The position numbers and the translations under genes were made by a program. Below the pieces are notes generated by a model that worked only from the letters and a program-made list of their open reading frames with translations, made no database searches and had not been told where the DNA came from. Shown piece by piece: positions 25,901-38,090 of a DNA stretch of 64,000 nt (its first letter is position 1; every line of letters starts with the position of its first letter). This DNA is from Malacoraja senta (lineage: Eukaryota). The stretch lies in the NCBI GenBank assembly GCA_038087875.1, contig CM075992.1:5334001-5398000 (forward strand), given 5' to 3'.

Positions 25901-26144
25901 GTGGCCCCACTCCCACCTTAGAGCTGCAGTAAAATGCTTTCCATTTGGCTGGAAAAAATAGAAAAGGTTGGAAACGCTCGGTAAGCCAAGCACATCCGTG
26001 GAGCAACAATGCTTCAGGTTGATGACTTACATTAAAGGATTTTAATGACAAAACAAGTAAAAAAGAGTTACCCAATATTACATTACTTTCCATCATTGGA
26101 ACCAGGGTCTGCAAATACATTCAAATATTTCAATTTACTTTAAT

Positions 26145-26445
26145 TTAGTTTTATTTAGAGATACCGTGTGGAAACAGGCCCTTTGGCCCACTGAGTCCAC
26201 GCTGACCAGCGATCGTCCCTGGACACTAACCTACACACTAACTTTACAACTTACCGAAGTCAATTAACCTACAAACCTGTACGTCTTTGGAGTGTGGGAA
26301 GAAACCAGAACACCTGGTGAAAACCACGTGGTCACAGGGAGAAGGTACATACTCCATACAGACAGCATCCGTAGTCAGGATTGAACCCGGTTCTCTGTCT
26401 GGAGCTGTAAGGCAGCAACTCTGCCGTGGCGCCACCGTGCCACCC
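26145..26445 (-). mobile_element. HE1-like SINE
   Basis: Reverse-complement family match. Confidence 0.85.
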
Positions 26446-26709
26446 TTAACAGCTTTGATGAGGGCTTTTGCCTCTCCCATCTTTTCAGGCTGTGAGTTCC
26501 CAATTTCCCACCACTGAGTGAAATAATTCATCTTATCGTCCTATCAATTACTTAGAGTGACAGAGATAAAGGTCTCTAGGTTCATCATCGATCTAATCCA
26601 ATTTTATTCTCTCCATACTGTTATCAATTCCCATCAGATTCTGCCATTCAGATACACTCAAGGAGCAATTTACAGGAGCTAATTAGCTTACGACCTACTT
26701 TAAATCTAT

Positions 26710-27188
26710 TGCATCCGCTGCTCTAGACGTCATCGGTGAGACCAAGCGAAGGCTTGGCGATCGTTTCGCCGAACACCTCCGTTCAGTCAGCAAAAACCAA
26801 CCTGACCTCCCGGTGGCTCAGCACTTCAACTCCCCCTCCCATTACGTATCCGACCTCTCTGTCCTGGGTCTCCTCCATGGCCAGAGCGAGCAACACTGGA
26901 AATTGGAGGAACTGCACCTCATATTCCGCTTGGGGAGTCTGCATCCTGGGGGCATGAACATTGAATTCTCCCTATTTTGCTAGCCCTTGCTGTCTCCTCC
27001 CCTTCCTATCTCTCCCTCAGCCCTCGGGCTCCTCCTCCTCCTTTTTCCTTTCTTCAGTCTGAAGAAGGGTTTCGGCCCGAAACGTTGCCTATTTCCTTCG
27101 CTCCATAGATGCTGCTGCACCCGCTGAGTTTCTCCAGCATTTCTGTGTACCTTCGATTTTCCAGCATCTCCAGTTCCTTCTTAAAAAC
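26710..27188 (+). mobile_element. Penelope-like element 3' part: GIY-YIG endonuclease domain + hammerhead-containing 3' terminus
   Basis: Translates (one frameshift) as IYCIRCSR/IGETKRRLGDRFAEHLRSV...VAQHFNSPSH...KLEELHLIFRLGSLHPGGMNIEF. 13-bp TSD ACTTTAAATCTAT (26697-26709, 27189-27201). Confidence 0.9.
27059..27086 (+). ncRNA. Minimal hammerhead ribozyme motif
   Basis: CTGAAGAAGGGTTTCGGCCCGAAACGTT, about 75 nt downstream of the GIY-YIG stop codon. Confidence 0.75.
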
Positions 27189-28137
27189 ACTTTAAATCTA
27201 TGCCCGATGTTTTTAATTGGTCTGCTGAGGTGAATATGTTCCTAATTTTTCCAGGCCCCTCATACTTTTATACATCTCTTTTAATACATCCCCTAAACCT
27301 CCTCTGTTCCAAAGAAAACAAATCTAGCTTGTTCTCTTCAGACTAGAGTAAACATTGCTCTGTACATGGAGCATTAATCACTAATAAATCTCCTCTACAA
27401 CCTTTTAGTACAATCACCTCTTTCCTGCAGTGTGCTGAGCAGAACTTTGTGCACTATTAACTGTTTAACTAGTGTACCTGGCATATCTAGCATTACTTTG
27501 TAGGGGTCAATATTTCAAAGTAAGGAAGAAACCATCTAGGACTGAGACAAAAGACAATTCTTTCAGTTAGAGAGTGAATCATCTTTCGAATTCTCTACCC
27601 GGAGCTGTGGAGGCACAGTCGTTGGGTTCATTTGACAGAGAGCGAGAGGGTTCTGGATATTGAGAGAATGAATGAATACAAGAATAGTGTTGGAAGATGG
27701 AGCAAAGTTAGAAATTCAACCATAATCCTGAGGAGTGGTAGTTGGTTGGCAGAGGAGGCTGGAAGGGCTAGATGACTTCTCTTGTTCCCATCTGCACCTT
27801 TTTGCTTCTCTGTTAAAGGACAGAAGGTACAGAATATCTGGAGATCAGAACACCCTGGATTACTGAGGATATTTAAAAAGGATGTAGATACTTTTTTTTT
27901 AAACATTAGGGAAACAAGTGCTGGAGGGAACTGGCACAGAAGGTGCGACAGAGGCTTGGAACAGGTCAGGCCAGGCTTGAGGGGCCGAGTGGCCTACTCC
28001 TGTTAATATTTTCTTTCTTGGTTCTAACCCCAAACTGATAAGTTTCTCTTAGTAAATGGGCAGTAAAATGGGATGACTGATTCAAAACTGTGCTTGTAAT
28101 ATTACTGTGCATAAGATATTTTATCGAAAAATATATT

Positions 28138-28499
28138 AGAAACATAGAACATAGAAACATAGAAAAATAGGTGCAAGAGTAGGCCATTTGGCCCTTCGAG
28201 CCTGCACCGCCATTCAATATGATCATGGCTGATCATCCAACTCAGTATCCTGTACCTGCTTTCTCTCCATACCCCCTGATCCCTTTAGCCACAAGGGCCA
28301 CATCTAACTCCCTCTTAAATATAGCCAATGAACTGGCCTCAACTACCTTCTGTGGCAGAGAATTCCAGAGATTCACCACTCTCTGTGTGAAAAATGTTTT
28401 TCTCATCTCAGTCCTAAAAGACTTCCCCCTTATCCTTAAACTGTGACCCCTTGTTCTGGACTGCCCCAACATCGGGAACAATCTTCCTGCATCTAGCCT
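28138..28499 (-). mobile_element. CR1 LINE 3' fragment (young)
   Basis: Near-identical to 18020-18380. Confidence 0.92.
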
Positions 28500-28751
28500 A
28501 TTAAAAATGATATTAAATTAAAATTAAAATAATATTTTTTTTAATCATAAGGTGATTTTCTTTTCTTAAATAACCTTGGAGACATGCCATGTGACCTAAA
28601 GCATTATTTAGGTCTGACTTGAAAGAGTCTTTTGAATTGTACCTCTGAGCTGCTGGCTGGGAAAGTAAGCAGAACGGGCCCTCATGACGGCTCTTTCATG
28701 TGATACTTTGTGGATAAATATTTGTCTTCTCTGCGTTGATATTTGCACTGG

Positions 28752-28903
28752 ATGCCTGGCACTATGGGCACCGTCAATAGCAGGTTGACAGCTCCTGTTA
28801 CGGACACAATCAATGCTAGATATCTGAGCTGCTTCAGCACCCTAGGACAGTGTGCCCACATACAGGCAAACATCACGGCCAGAAGAAATGATTTACTGAT
28901 TCA
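28752..28903 (+). other. Weak candidate first coding exon
   Basis: ATG-started open frame MPGTMGTVNSRLTAPV...NDLLI ending at TCA|GTAAGT. No homology recognised. Confidence 0.2.
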
Positions 28904-29089
28904 GTAAGTTCTTTCTGTAAACAACCTTTCTACACTTGGAAAAGTAACACATTCCTGCCCCGAACTCCTTCAAGAATCCAGGATAACATGACCAACTCGC
29001 AAATATGAAGAAGTTGAGGCATCACCATATATAGCTACATTGCAACATGAATCACAAAACCACATTCTTACCAATTAGAGAACAAAGAA

Positions 29090-29592
29090 AAGAAGAGAGA
29101 ACTGCAGAAGAAGTCTGAAGAAGGGTGTCGACCCAAAACGTCACCCATTCCTTCTCTCCAGAGATGCTGCCTGCCCCGCTGAGTTACTCCAGCTTTTTGT
29201 GTCTATCTTCGAAGAACTGCAGATGCTGATTTACACTGAAGATAGACACAAGGTTCTGAAGAAGGGTTTCGGCCCGAAACGTTGCCTATTTCCTTCGCTC
29301 CATAGATGCTGCTGCACCCGCTGAGTTTCTCCAGCATTTTTGTGTACCTTCGATTTTCCAGCATCTGCAGTTCCTTCTTTAAAACATTCTGAAGTAACTC
29401 AGTGGGTCAGGCAGCATCTCTGGAGAAAAAGGATGGGTGATGTTTCAAGTCCAGACCCTTTTTTCAGACTCCCTGAGTGACCCGAAACGTCACCCATCCT
29501 TTCCTCCAGAGATGCCACCTGACCTGCTGAGTTACTGCAGCACTTTGTCTCGTTTTTTGGCAAACCAGCATCTGCAGTTCCTTGTGTCCACA
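29090..29592. mobile_element. Cluster of nested PLE terminal modules
   Basis: Two plus-strand modules inserted into a minus-strand module (TSDs AGAACTGCAGA and TTCTGAAG), followed by a further plus module. Confidence 0.8.
29256..29283 (+). ncRNA. Minimal hammerhead ribozyme motif
   Basis: CTGAAGAAGGGTTTCGGCCCGAAACGTT. Confidence 0.65.
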
Positions 29593-29963
29593 GACAATAA
29601 ACCTCGTCTCCTTAACCCCTTTCCTATCCACTCATAAATACTTGCTGCACAGTTACTGTGACTGTAAATGTTACTTATAATGGGTGATTCAAGTCACTGA
29701 TGTGGTAACAAATATGAAGATTTCAGATTCACACAAGCACAAGTCTGTGCCTTTCAAACATCAAGAATAAGTTTGCTTATCTCAGCACTGGGACACAAGA
29801 GTCATCCAGCACGGAAATAGGCCCCTCTCCAACTTCTCCAAGATGCCCCATCCAAGGGGACCCCATTTGTACATTTGGATTGTCGGGTAATTTTTCCCTT
29901 CTCGTACTACTCCTTGTTGGGTTGTCAGATCGACTGGGTGGAATAGCTGGAATGTGAGTTTAA

Positions 29964-30395
29964 AGGGCCTGTTCCACTTGCATGCGATTGTGTGCATTTG
30001 GCGCGACCAAACGGAAGCGGAGTTCACGCGAAGTTTGCGCTAAGTACGCGCTAAGTACGCGTTAAGTACGCGCTAAGTTCGCGCTAAATTCGCGCTAGGT
30101 TCGCGCGTGGCGTCATTTGCGTCATGCTTACCAATCAGCTGGGCAGGACGCTGCGTACGACGTCAAGACGCTGCGTACGACCGCAATGCGCCTGCGTACC
30201 GACAGGCCATTGGCGCGCGAAGATTTCGGCCACTGCAAGAATTTCGGAGCCCCGCGCGATGTCGGGACCAGCCCCGCATAACTCCGCGCTTCTAAGTGGG
30301 TCAGGCCCCGCGCGGCCATACGGTGCCCGTACGCCTCAAGTGACCACGAGGTCGGGTAATTTGTGAGCCAAGGTCGCGTAAGTGGGACAGGACCT
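29964..30395. mobile_element. PIF/Harbinger-type MITE
   Basis: TIRs AGGGCCTGTTCCACTT / AAGTGGGACAGGACCT, TSD TAA, CpG-rich interior with (GCGCTAAGTWC)x6 at 30037-30102. Confidence 0.8.
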
Positions 30396-30660
30396 TAAGT
30401 TTTATCAGGGCTTCCTTTGTCCTTACTCTGGGAGCTTTGGTCTGGATTGTGCTCCCAATCTCCAGAGTGGGCTTGAACCATGAACAATAGTCAAGATGTG
30501 CACATAGCTCACTAAATCACAATGTGTAGTTTACTCTTCATTCTGGGAGATATCCCAGTGTGTAATCTGGGTTGTTGTTCCACTGTGGTATGGCGGGAGT
30601 GTGTTTGGATGTTTTACAAGATAATCTGAATGTAGGCATTTGGAACTACAGATGTTGGTA

Positions 30661-31663
30661 TTTTTTTATTTTTTTTTAATAATATTTTTATTAGAAGTCA
30701 TACACAATAGTATAAACCAAGAATAATATAATACATTTCATGTACAACTTCTTGTTTTTAAATTTAATAATAAAAAAGTAGTAGAAGCAAAAAGAGAGAA
30801 AAAGAAAGTTAGATAAGGTGGTGAAAGTAATAGATTGTGAAAAAGTGCAGTAAAAAGAGAGAGAAGAAGAGAAAAGAGAAAAAACAAGAAAAAAATTAAA
30901 AATAAGATAAAAGTGATATAGCTGCTTCATATCTTTGCGCACCCCTCACCCGGTTCTGAAACAGTTAATTTCCAGGGTTATGTTGCACCATATGCTTGTA
31001 ATAAATCGATAAAGGGAGACCAAATCTTTAAGAATTGGTCTGATTTGCCTGCTAGGACGAATCTCATGTCTTCTAGATGTAACATTTCAGGCATATTTGA
31101 GATCCACATTTTAAGCGTTGGTGTTGGTGCATTTTTCCAGAATTTTAATATACGTTTTTTTGCCGTTATTAAGCCATAATTAAGGAAACTCTTTTGGAAC
31201 GAAGTCAGCTCAGGGCCGACCTCCGTTGTTCCAAAGATAATCAGTTCCGTGTTTGGATTCAGTTTTATTTTAAATACTATTGTAAAAACTTCGAAAATTT
31301 CCTTCCAAAATTTCTGAAGTTTTATGCAAAAGACAAAAGAATGTGCTATAGTTGCATCTTGAGATGAGCATTTGTCACAGATGGGAGACACATTTGGTAA
31401 AATTTTATTCAATTTAGTTTTCGAGTAATATAATCTGTGTAAAATGTTGAATTGAATTAAGGTATGTCTTACATTAATCGAACATTTGTGTACATGTAGC
31501 AAATATTTATCCCATCTGTCTTTCGAGATATTTATAGATAGTTCTTGTTCCCAATCTCTTCTAATTGCATCAGACGGTGGTATCTCTATGTTTAAAATGA
31601 TATTATACAAATATGATATTAAATTTGTTGAGTCCACCTTTCTGTTCATAGCTTCATCTAATA
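30661..31663 (-). mobile_element. L1-clade LINE 3' fragment (ORF2 C-terminus, 3' UTR, poly-A)
   Basis: ORF 30978-31649 with IQFNILHRLY...CDKC....TIAHSFVFC..LQKFW zinc-knuckle. AATAAA and poly(A) on the minus strand at about 30661-30695. Confidence 0.9.
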
Positions 31664-32251
31664 AGATGCTGGGATTTTGAGCAAAACAAAGTGGTGGAGG
31701 AACTCAGTGGTTCAGACAGCATCTGCGGAGGGAATGGACAGACAACATTTTGGGTCCTTTTCACTTCTTGCCACTTACTCTACCCATCTACCAAACCACC
31801 CTCACCTTCATGCACCTATCACTTCCCAGGGGACAAAAGGAATTACAGATGCTGGAATCTGGTATAGAACACAGAGTGGGTCAGGAGGCATCTCTGGAGG
31901 ACATTTTGGGTCAGTACCCTTCTTCAGACCCAATTGATAAGATATGTGCCAGTCCCCAAGTCCCTTTTCCAGCTTCTCCACCCTAAAACAATCAGTCTAA
32001 AGAAGGGTCCCAACCCAAAACATCACCTGCCCATTCCTTTCACAGACACTGCCTGACCTATCTGAGTTCCTCCAGTATATTTTCTTCGCTCAAAGTTCCA
32101 GCGCCTGCAGTTTCTTGCGACTCCATTGTCAGATTCCTGTTTTAAATGAAGGTTATTTTGTTCTCAGATGAGTGCTATTTCAAACGGTTATTGCCAGTAT
32201 GTTGGCCCGACATTTACAGCTCAATCAACGTCAATTGTTAGGTCATTATTA

Positions 32252-32489
32252 ATGGCCTGTCCCACTTTCATGACCTAATTCATGTCCTTTTTTTTCTCGT
32301 GGACATTTTTCATCAGGCTAGAAAAACGCCCCGACCCACTTGATGCCACGAGTACCTACAACCAGCATCGTGACCTACCTACGACCTCCTACGACCTCCT
32401 ACGGCCTCGTGACGACCAGGCTGCGAGTATGAGTCAAAGGCAAACTCGGCAGAGGTCGTGAATTAGGTCGTGAAAGTGGGACAGGCCCT
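32252..32489. mobile_element. PIF/Harbinger-type MITE
   Basis: About 33-bp TIRs ATGGCCTGTCCCACTTTCATGACCTAATTCATG / CGTGAATTAGGTCGTGAAAGTGGGACAGGCCCT, TSD TTA. Confidence 0.85.
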
Positions 32490-33485
32490 TTAGCCAGCCG
32501 TTAGCGGGAACTCAGTGTGCGTGATTCCAATATCACAGCGGAGACCTCAGCTCAAAAGTATTCTGCTGGGTGCAATGACTTTGGGACATTTTAAGGGACT
32601 GCACAGAAACACAAGCCGCCGTAGAAACAAGGAACTGCTGGTTGATACACAATAGAAGAAACGTCTCGACCCGAAACAGTACCTATCCACGTTCTCCAGA
32701 GATGCTGCCTGACCCAATGAGTCACTCGAACACTTTGTGTCCTTTTGTGTAGAAATACAAGCCATTCTTTAGAGGTGTTTGCAGGTAACCCCAGTGTTCT
32801 GGCACACCTTTGACAATAATAAAGACACTTTACAAACCCTTGTTTTGACAGTTCCTTGTTTCTATACTTTACAAATCGTTCTACCACCCACTTTCCTCAC
32901 CGGGTAAAATCCTTATCTCAGATCCCAACAGATGGGCCGCGCTGTTTCTATGACTCTCCACCGTCACATCTGGCACATTGTGTTGGCAGCTTTGACACAG
33001 CTTGTATGTGGTTAATGAAGCACTCTGCTTTTTCCCCATTGTTTGCATTGAAAATTCCTGCACACACCCATTCACAGAGCAGGTCTCCTTCCACCTGCCG
33101 CACAGCACCAGGCCTCAAAAAATGCTATATGCACTCCTCCGACCACTTCACTAAATCAAACTTGTTTGGTGTAAATTATGGGTCTCAGTAATGGAACCAG
33201 ATGTAATCCTGCTGCTCTGCTGATTTACCTTTGTCTGATTCTCCAAGGCTTATTCGAAAGCAATTTAGAGATTTCCACAAACAGGAAACAGAAATTAAAC
33301 CCAGCAGGTGAACTGACCTTTGAATCTTCTGGAAGGTCCCACCCTTTTACAATTGAAAAAGTAAAGTCGTTTTATAAGATTTTTTTTTAAATTACGTTTT
33401 TTTCATTCAGAAATAACTATGCCCAGTCCAGAAAAACAACAGAATAAGTTACTGTTAAAGAAGGAACTGCAGATGCTGGAAAATC

Positions 33486-33810
33486 GATGGTGCAAAACAG
33501 GTGTAAAAGCTAATCCGTGACTGCGGATGGTCAAGATTATAAATGATCTCCTTCTATTTTCTTTTCTTCTCATCTTTTCTTTTATTCTCTCTCTTCTATT
33601 TTCTATGTCTCAACTTTCTTATTTCATTCTTTATTTTTCTTTTTCACACACTATATATCTCACATTTTTCTATTTTTCATTATCTAACTTTTTTCTTTTT
33701 CTTCTTTATTTCAATTTTTTTTTAAATAAGCTGTACATGAAAGGTATTATGAAAATATGATTGTATACAATTGTACTTACTTCTAATAAAATAAAAATAA
33801 AAAAAAAAAA
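33486..33810 (+). mobile_element. L1-like 3' UTR with poly(A), flanked by a 136-bp direct duplication
   Basis: T-rich UTR similar to the L1 at 30661-30980 (TGTACATGAAA...ACTTCTAATAAA, poly-A). Flanks 33350-33485 and 33811-33946 are identical. Confidence 0.8.
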
Positions 33811-34054
33811 CAATTGAAAAAGTAAAGTCGTTTTATAAGATTTTTTTTTAAATTACGTTTTTTTCATTCAGAAATAACTATGCCCAGTCCAGAAAAACAA
33901 CAGAATAAGTTACTGTTAAAGAAGGAACTGCAGATGCTGGAAAATCAAAGGTACACAAAAATGCTGGAGAAACTCAGCGGGTGCAGCAGCATCTATGGAG
34001 CGAAGGAAATAGGCAACGTGTTACTGAATAAGTTACTGCTTTTAGCTGCTGTAC

Positions 34055-34805
34055 AAAAAACTGTACAGTACAGGAACTAGCCCTTCATCCACAGTATCCA
34101 TGCCAAACATGTTATCAGGTTAAACTAACCTCCTCCTCCAATCTGAAGAAGGGTCTCAACCCGAAACGTCGCCTATTTCCTTCGCTCTATAGATGCTGCC
34201 TCACCCGCTGAGTTTCTCCAGCATTTTTGTCTTCCTCTGACTGCATGTGATCCACATTCCTCCATGCCCTGCAGATCCATATGCCTATCTAAGAGCCTCT
34301 TCAATGCCACTATTGTATCTGCCTTCACCACCTCCTCGGGCATCAGGTTCCAGGCACCCACCACTATGAGTTAAAAGGTTTGCCTTGCACACCATCTTTA
34401 AACTTTGCCTCTCTCACCTTGAAGCGATGTCCTCTAATCTTTGGCATTTCCACCCTGGGAAAAAGGATCTGAATGTCTACTTTATCTGTGCCTCTTATAA
34501 TTTTAAATATTTCCATCAGATGTTTCGTGCCCAGATTCTCTAGAGAAAACAATCCAAGTTTGTCTAACCTCCCCCTATAGGTAATACCCTTTTTCCAGGT
34601 AGCATTCTGGTAACTCTCTTCTGCACCCTCTCCCAAGCCTCCACATCCTTCCTCTAATGGATTGACCAGAACTGTACATAATACTGTATATGCAGCCTAA
34701 CCAAAGTTCTATGAAGCTGCAACATGACTTCCTGACTCGTATGCTTAATGGCCCAACTGATGAAGGCAAGCATACCTTCAGCCTTCCACCACTTTATCTA
34801 CTTGT
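34055..34805 (-). mobile_element. CR1 LINE 3' fragment interrupted by a PLE module (34140-34232)
   Basis: RLDKLGLFSLE...RGHRFKVR...VGAWN.MPEEVV motifs. Confidence 0.85.
34143..34170 (+). ncRNA. Minimal hammerhead ribozyme motif
   Basis: CTGAAGAAGGGTCTCAACCCGAAACGTC. Confidence 0.65.
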
Positions 34806-35073
34806 ATTGCCAGCAGCTATCAAAGTCACTGATGTTTAGTTACATGTTTAATGAGATTAAAGTGTATTTAATGTTTAATGTTTTATGTGTCATTCCTAAC
34901 TGTCACTGTATGTCATGTTGTCACCTGTGGGCAGAGCACCAAGGCAAATTCCTTGTATGTGAATACTTGGCCAATAAATTTAAACTTATTGATAATTTTC
35001 ACAGGAGAATTGAATAAATATGTGAAGGCATAAAATGTACAGGGTTATGAAGTGAGACCATCTGACTAACTTT

Positions 35074-35889
35074 GGGGCAGTACTGTGGTGCAGCTGGTAG
35101 AACTGCTGCCTCACAGAGTCAAAGACCTGGTTGCGATCCAGACCTCAGATGCTGTCTGTGTGACGTTTGCCCGTTCTCCGTGTGACCACATGGTTTTTTT
35201 CTGGGTACTTCGGTTTCCACCCACATTCCAAAGACATGCGAGTTTGTAGGTAAATTGTGGAGTGGCTGAGAAAAAGGTATAATGTGGAACAGGTGTGAAT
35301 GGATGATCGATGGTCAGCTTGGATCGAGGGCGAAGGGCCTGTTTCCATGCAGGATAAGACTTTTGCCTTCCATCACAGTGAGGAGGTGTTGGAGATTCAC
35401 TGTGATGGATGTTTGTGTAAATTGTTTTAAGTGTGGGTCTTGTTTTTTTTTGTAATGTTAATAGCCCTGTCCCACGGTACGAGTTCATTCCAAGGGCTCT
35501 CCCGAGTTTAAAAAAAATCAAACTCGGGATAAGCACGGAGAATGAACATAGCGGGTACGTCGGAGCTTGGGGGACGTCTCTTAACGGCTCGTAACGCTAA
35601 CGGCAGGGACTCGAGAAGACTTGCTAACAGCAGGTAAGCACGGGTAGACTCGTGAAGATTTTTCCACATGTTGCAAATTGTCCACGAGAGCCCCGGGTAC
35701 CAACGAGTGGCCATTACCGTAAATCTCCGAGTTCGAATCAGGGCAAACTCGGGAGAGCTCTTGGAATGAACTCGTACCGTGGGACAGGGGGTTTAAGACT
35801 GTAGAAAATGCAATTTCGTTCAAACCAAGCTGTTTGAATGACAATAAAAGGCATTCTATTCTATTCTAGTATCTCTAAACTAAACTAAG
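35074..35889 (+). mobile_element. HE1-like SINE split by a LINE tail that itself contains a MITE
   Basis: SINE body 35074-35352 and tail 35869-35889. LINE tail about 35357-35868 ends ACAATAAAAGGCA(TTCTA)n. Confidence 0.8.
35462..35792. mobile_element. MITE related to the Harbinger-type family
   Basis: About 43-bp TIRs CCCTGTCCCACGGTACGAGTTCATTCCAAG.GCTCTCCCGAGTTT; flanked by TTAA/TTA. Confidence 0.85.
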
Positions 35890-36714
35890 CTTCCAGAAAG
35901 CTGACAGAGGCAATTTTGGACCAAATTTGGGCTAGATGGCCTCCTTCTTACCTGTATGTTCAACCATGAATGTTACCACAGGTCAAAGTATGACTTGTGA
36001 GGAAGGTGTTACTGCCTCGTCCTAACCAGGTGATGCTGATGTCACTGACAAAGAGAAGCTTCTTCAATGCTGGGGAAGTGCAGAGCGACATGCTGATGCA
36101 TGCCAAAAGCCCAATGAATTATACAGGTGCCATGAAAAGGAGCTATTCCAGCAGCAGTCCAGCTAGTGTTTTTTCTCTTCCAACTAATGCTGCAGGCAAA
36201 TAGACCCAATTGACAGCGATTGCACCATGACTGATTGCGTCCTCAGACAATCAAAAGCCTTGTTGTTACAGAAGGGAGTAGATTGCTAACAAATGTTCTG
36301 AATATGACCGGAACAGGCACGGAGTTCCACAGACTTCCAAGTGGATGAATTCCAACCTTTTCCCTGTTCTGAGATGGATCAAGGAATGGACAGGTGAGGT
36401 TTTGGGTAGGAATCCTTCTTCATTCCCTCCACAGATGTTGCCTGACCCGCTGAGTTCCTCCAGCACTTTGTGTTTTGCTCAAGATTCCAGCATCTACAGT
36501 TTCTTGTGTCTCCCCATACCTTGTAAGTAATGGCAATCAAGTGAATTTCATGGATTTTATACAATGTGGGTCTCGGACTCTTTGAACAAAGGTTCTTTTC
36601 AATGCTAATCCATGATCCTTCTGCATTTCCATCCAAGTAATTTTTTTTCACTGCATAAACCAGATATTCGGGTCCAAGAATGTCTGACCACCACTATGTA
36701 TGACCATCATAAGG

Positions 36715-37065
36715 TCAAACATGGAGTGGAAACAGGCCCTTCAGCCCAACTTGCCCACACCGCCAACATGTCCCTTCTACACTTATCCCACCTGCCTGCG
36801 TTTGGCCCATATCCATCTAAACCTGTTCTATCCATGTACCTGTCTAATTATTTCTTAAACGTTGTGACAGTCCCAACCTCAACTCCCTCCTCTGGCAGGT
36901 CGTTCCATACACCCACCACCCTTTGCGTGAAAAAGTTACCCCTCAGATTCCTATTAAATCTTTCCCCAACACATTAAACTTATGTCCTCTGGTCCCCGAT
37001 TCCCCTACTCTGGGCAAGAGACTCTGTGCGTCTACCCGATCTATTCTTCTCATGATTTTATACAC
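36715..37065 (-). mobile_element. CR1 LINE 3' fragment
   Basis: YKIMRRIDRVDAQSLLPRVGES.TRGH.F and CR1 3' UTR. Confidence 0.85.
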
Positions 37066-37094
37066 AAATGTATTGACAATCTGAGAGAGAGTAA

Positions 37095-37423
37095 AGAGCC
37101 TGTCCCACTTTCCCGAGTTACTCATGAATTCTCCCGAGTTTTCCCCTTGATTCAAACTGGGAGAATGTCCGTAGCGAGTCCGTAGGAGTCCATAGCGAGT
37201 CAGTAGAAGTCCATAGATATTTCGTAGCGGCTCGTAATGCCAGCCGTAGGTAATCGGGGCATCAGGTAAGTCGGGACGTTTTTCAGCATGTTGAAAAATG
37301 TCCAAGAGTAAAAAAAATAGCCCCGAGTACCTACGGCTGGCTATTACCGTAATTCTCCGAGTTTGAATCAAGGGGAAAACTCGGGAGAGTTCGTGAGTAA
37401 CTCGGGAAAGTGGGACAGGCCCC
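37095..37423. mobile_element. PIF/Harbinger-type MITE
   Basis: About 70-bp TIRs starting AGAGCCTGTCCCACTTTCCCGAGTTACTC; TSD TAA. Confidence 0.85.
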
Positions 37424-38062
37424 TAACTGAGACTGCTTATCTGCAGCAAGCTACTGATAAGCCAGCAGCAGCCAGGGTTTGTGTTGATGGTGCTGCTACA
37501 ATTCACACCATAGGTTTTTTCACCGAGCTCAAATGAATACTTTGCTGAACTATCCGCCTGGTGACTTTCTGGCAAGAGTCCCACCCAGTGAGATACCAGG
37601 CTACATGTTGCAGGAAGTGCAAGTCCCTTGTGCAAATGTCTTCATTCAAAGAATTAATCTTTATATTAGTCAACACTATTGAAACATAGAACACATAACA
37701 GTACAGGACAGGAACAGGCCCTTCAACCCGTTATGTCTGTGCAAAACCTGGTGCCATGATTTAATCTGCCTGCACATTATCCATAACCCTCAATGCTCTG
37801 CATATCCATGTGCCTATCTAAAAGCCGTGTGGTCACAGGGAGAATGTACAGAGGTCTGGATCAGTCACTGGAGCTGTGAGGAAGGACTACCACTATCTGA
37901 ACCCCTCTTGACAATTAAAGTCAGATTCAACCATTGGAAACAGTCAAAGAAATTAATTATTTGTTTAAGAAGGAACTGCAGATGCTGGAAAAATCGAAGG
38001 TAGACAAAAATGCTGGAGAAACTCAGCGGGTGAGGCAGCATCTATGGAGAAAAGGAATAGGT

Positions 38063-38090
38063 GACGTTTCGGGTCGAGACCCTTCTTCAG
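38063..38090 (-). ncRNA. Minimal hammerhead ribozyme motif in PLE module (37965-38093)
   Basis: Reverse complement AGT-CTGAAGA-A-GGGT-CTCG-ACCC-GAAACGTC-ACC. Confidence 0.75.

Noticed and set aside
29090..29592. Tandem retrozyme array
   Set aside because: Modules are nested with individual TSDs and mixed orientation, not regular head-to-tail units.
30107..30366. GC-rich overlapping ORFs (also 13883-14356 and 41749-42138)
   Set aside because: They lie inside CpG-rich transposons where stop codons are rare by composition.
33527..33760. Hydrophobic membrane-protein-like ORFs (also 30691-30942)
   Set aside because: Translations of T-rich L1 3' UTRs.
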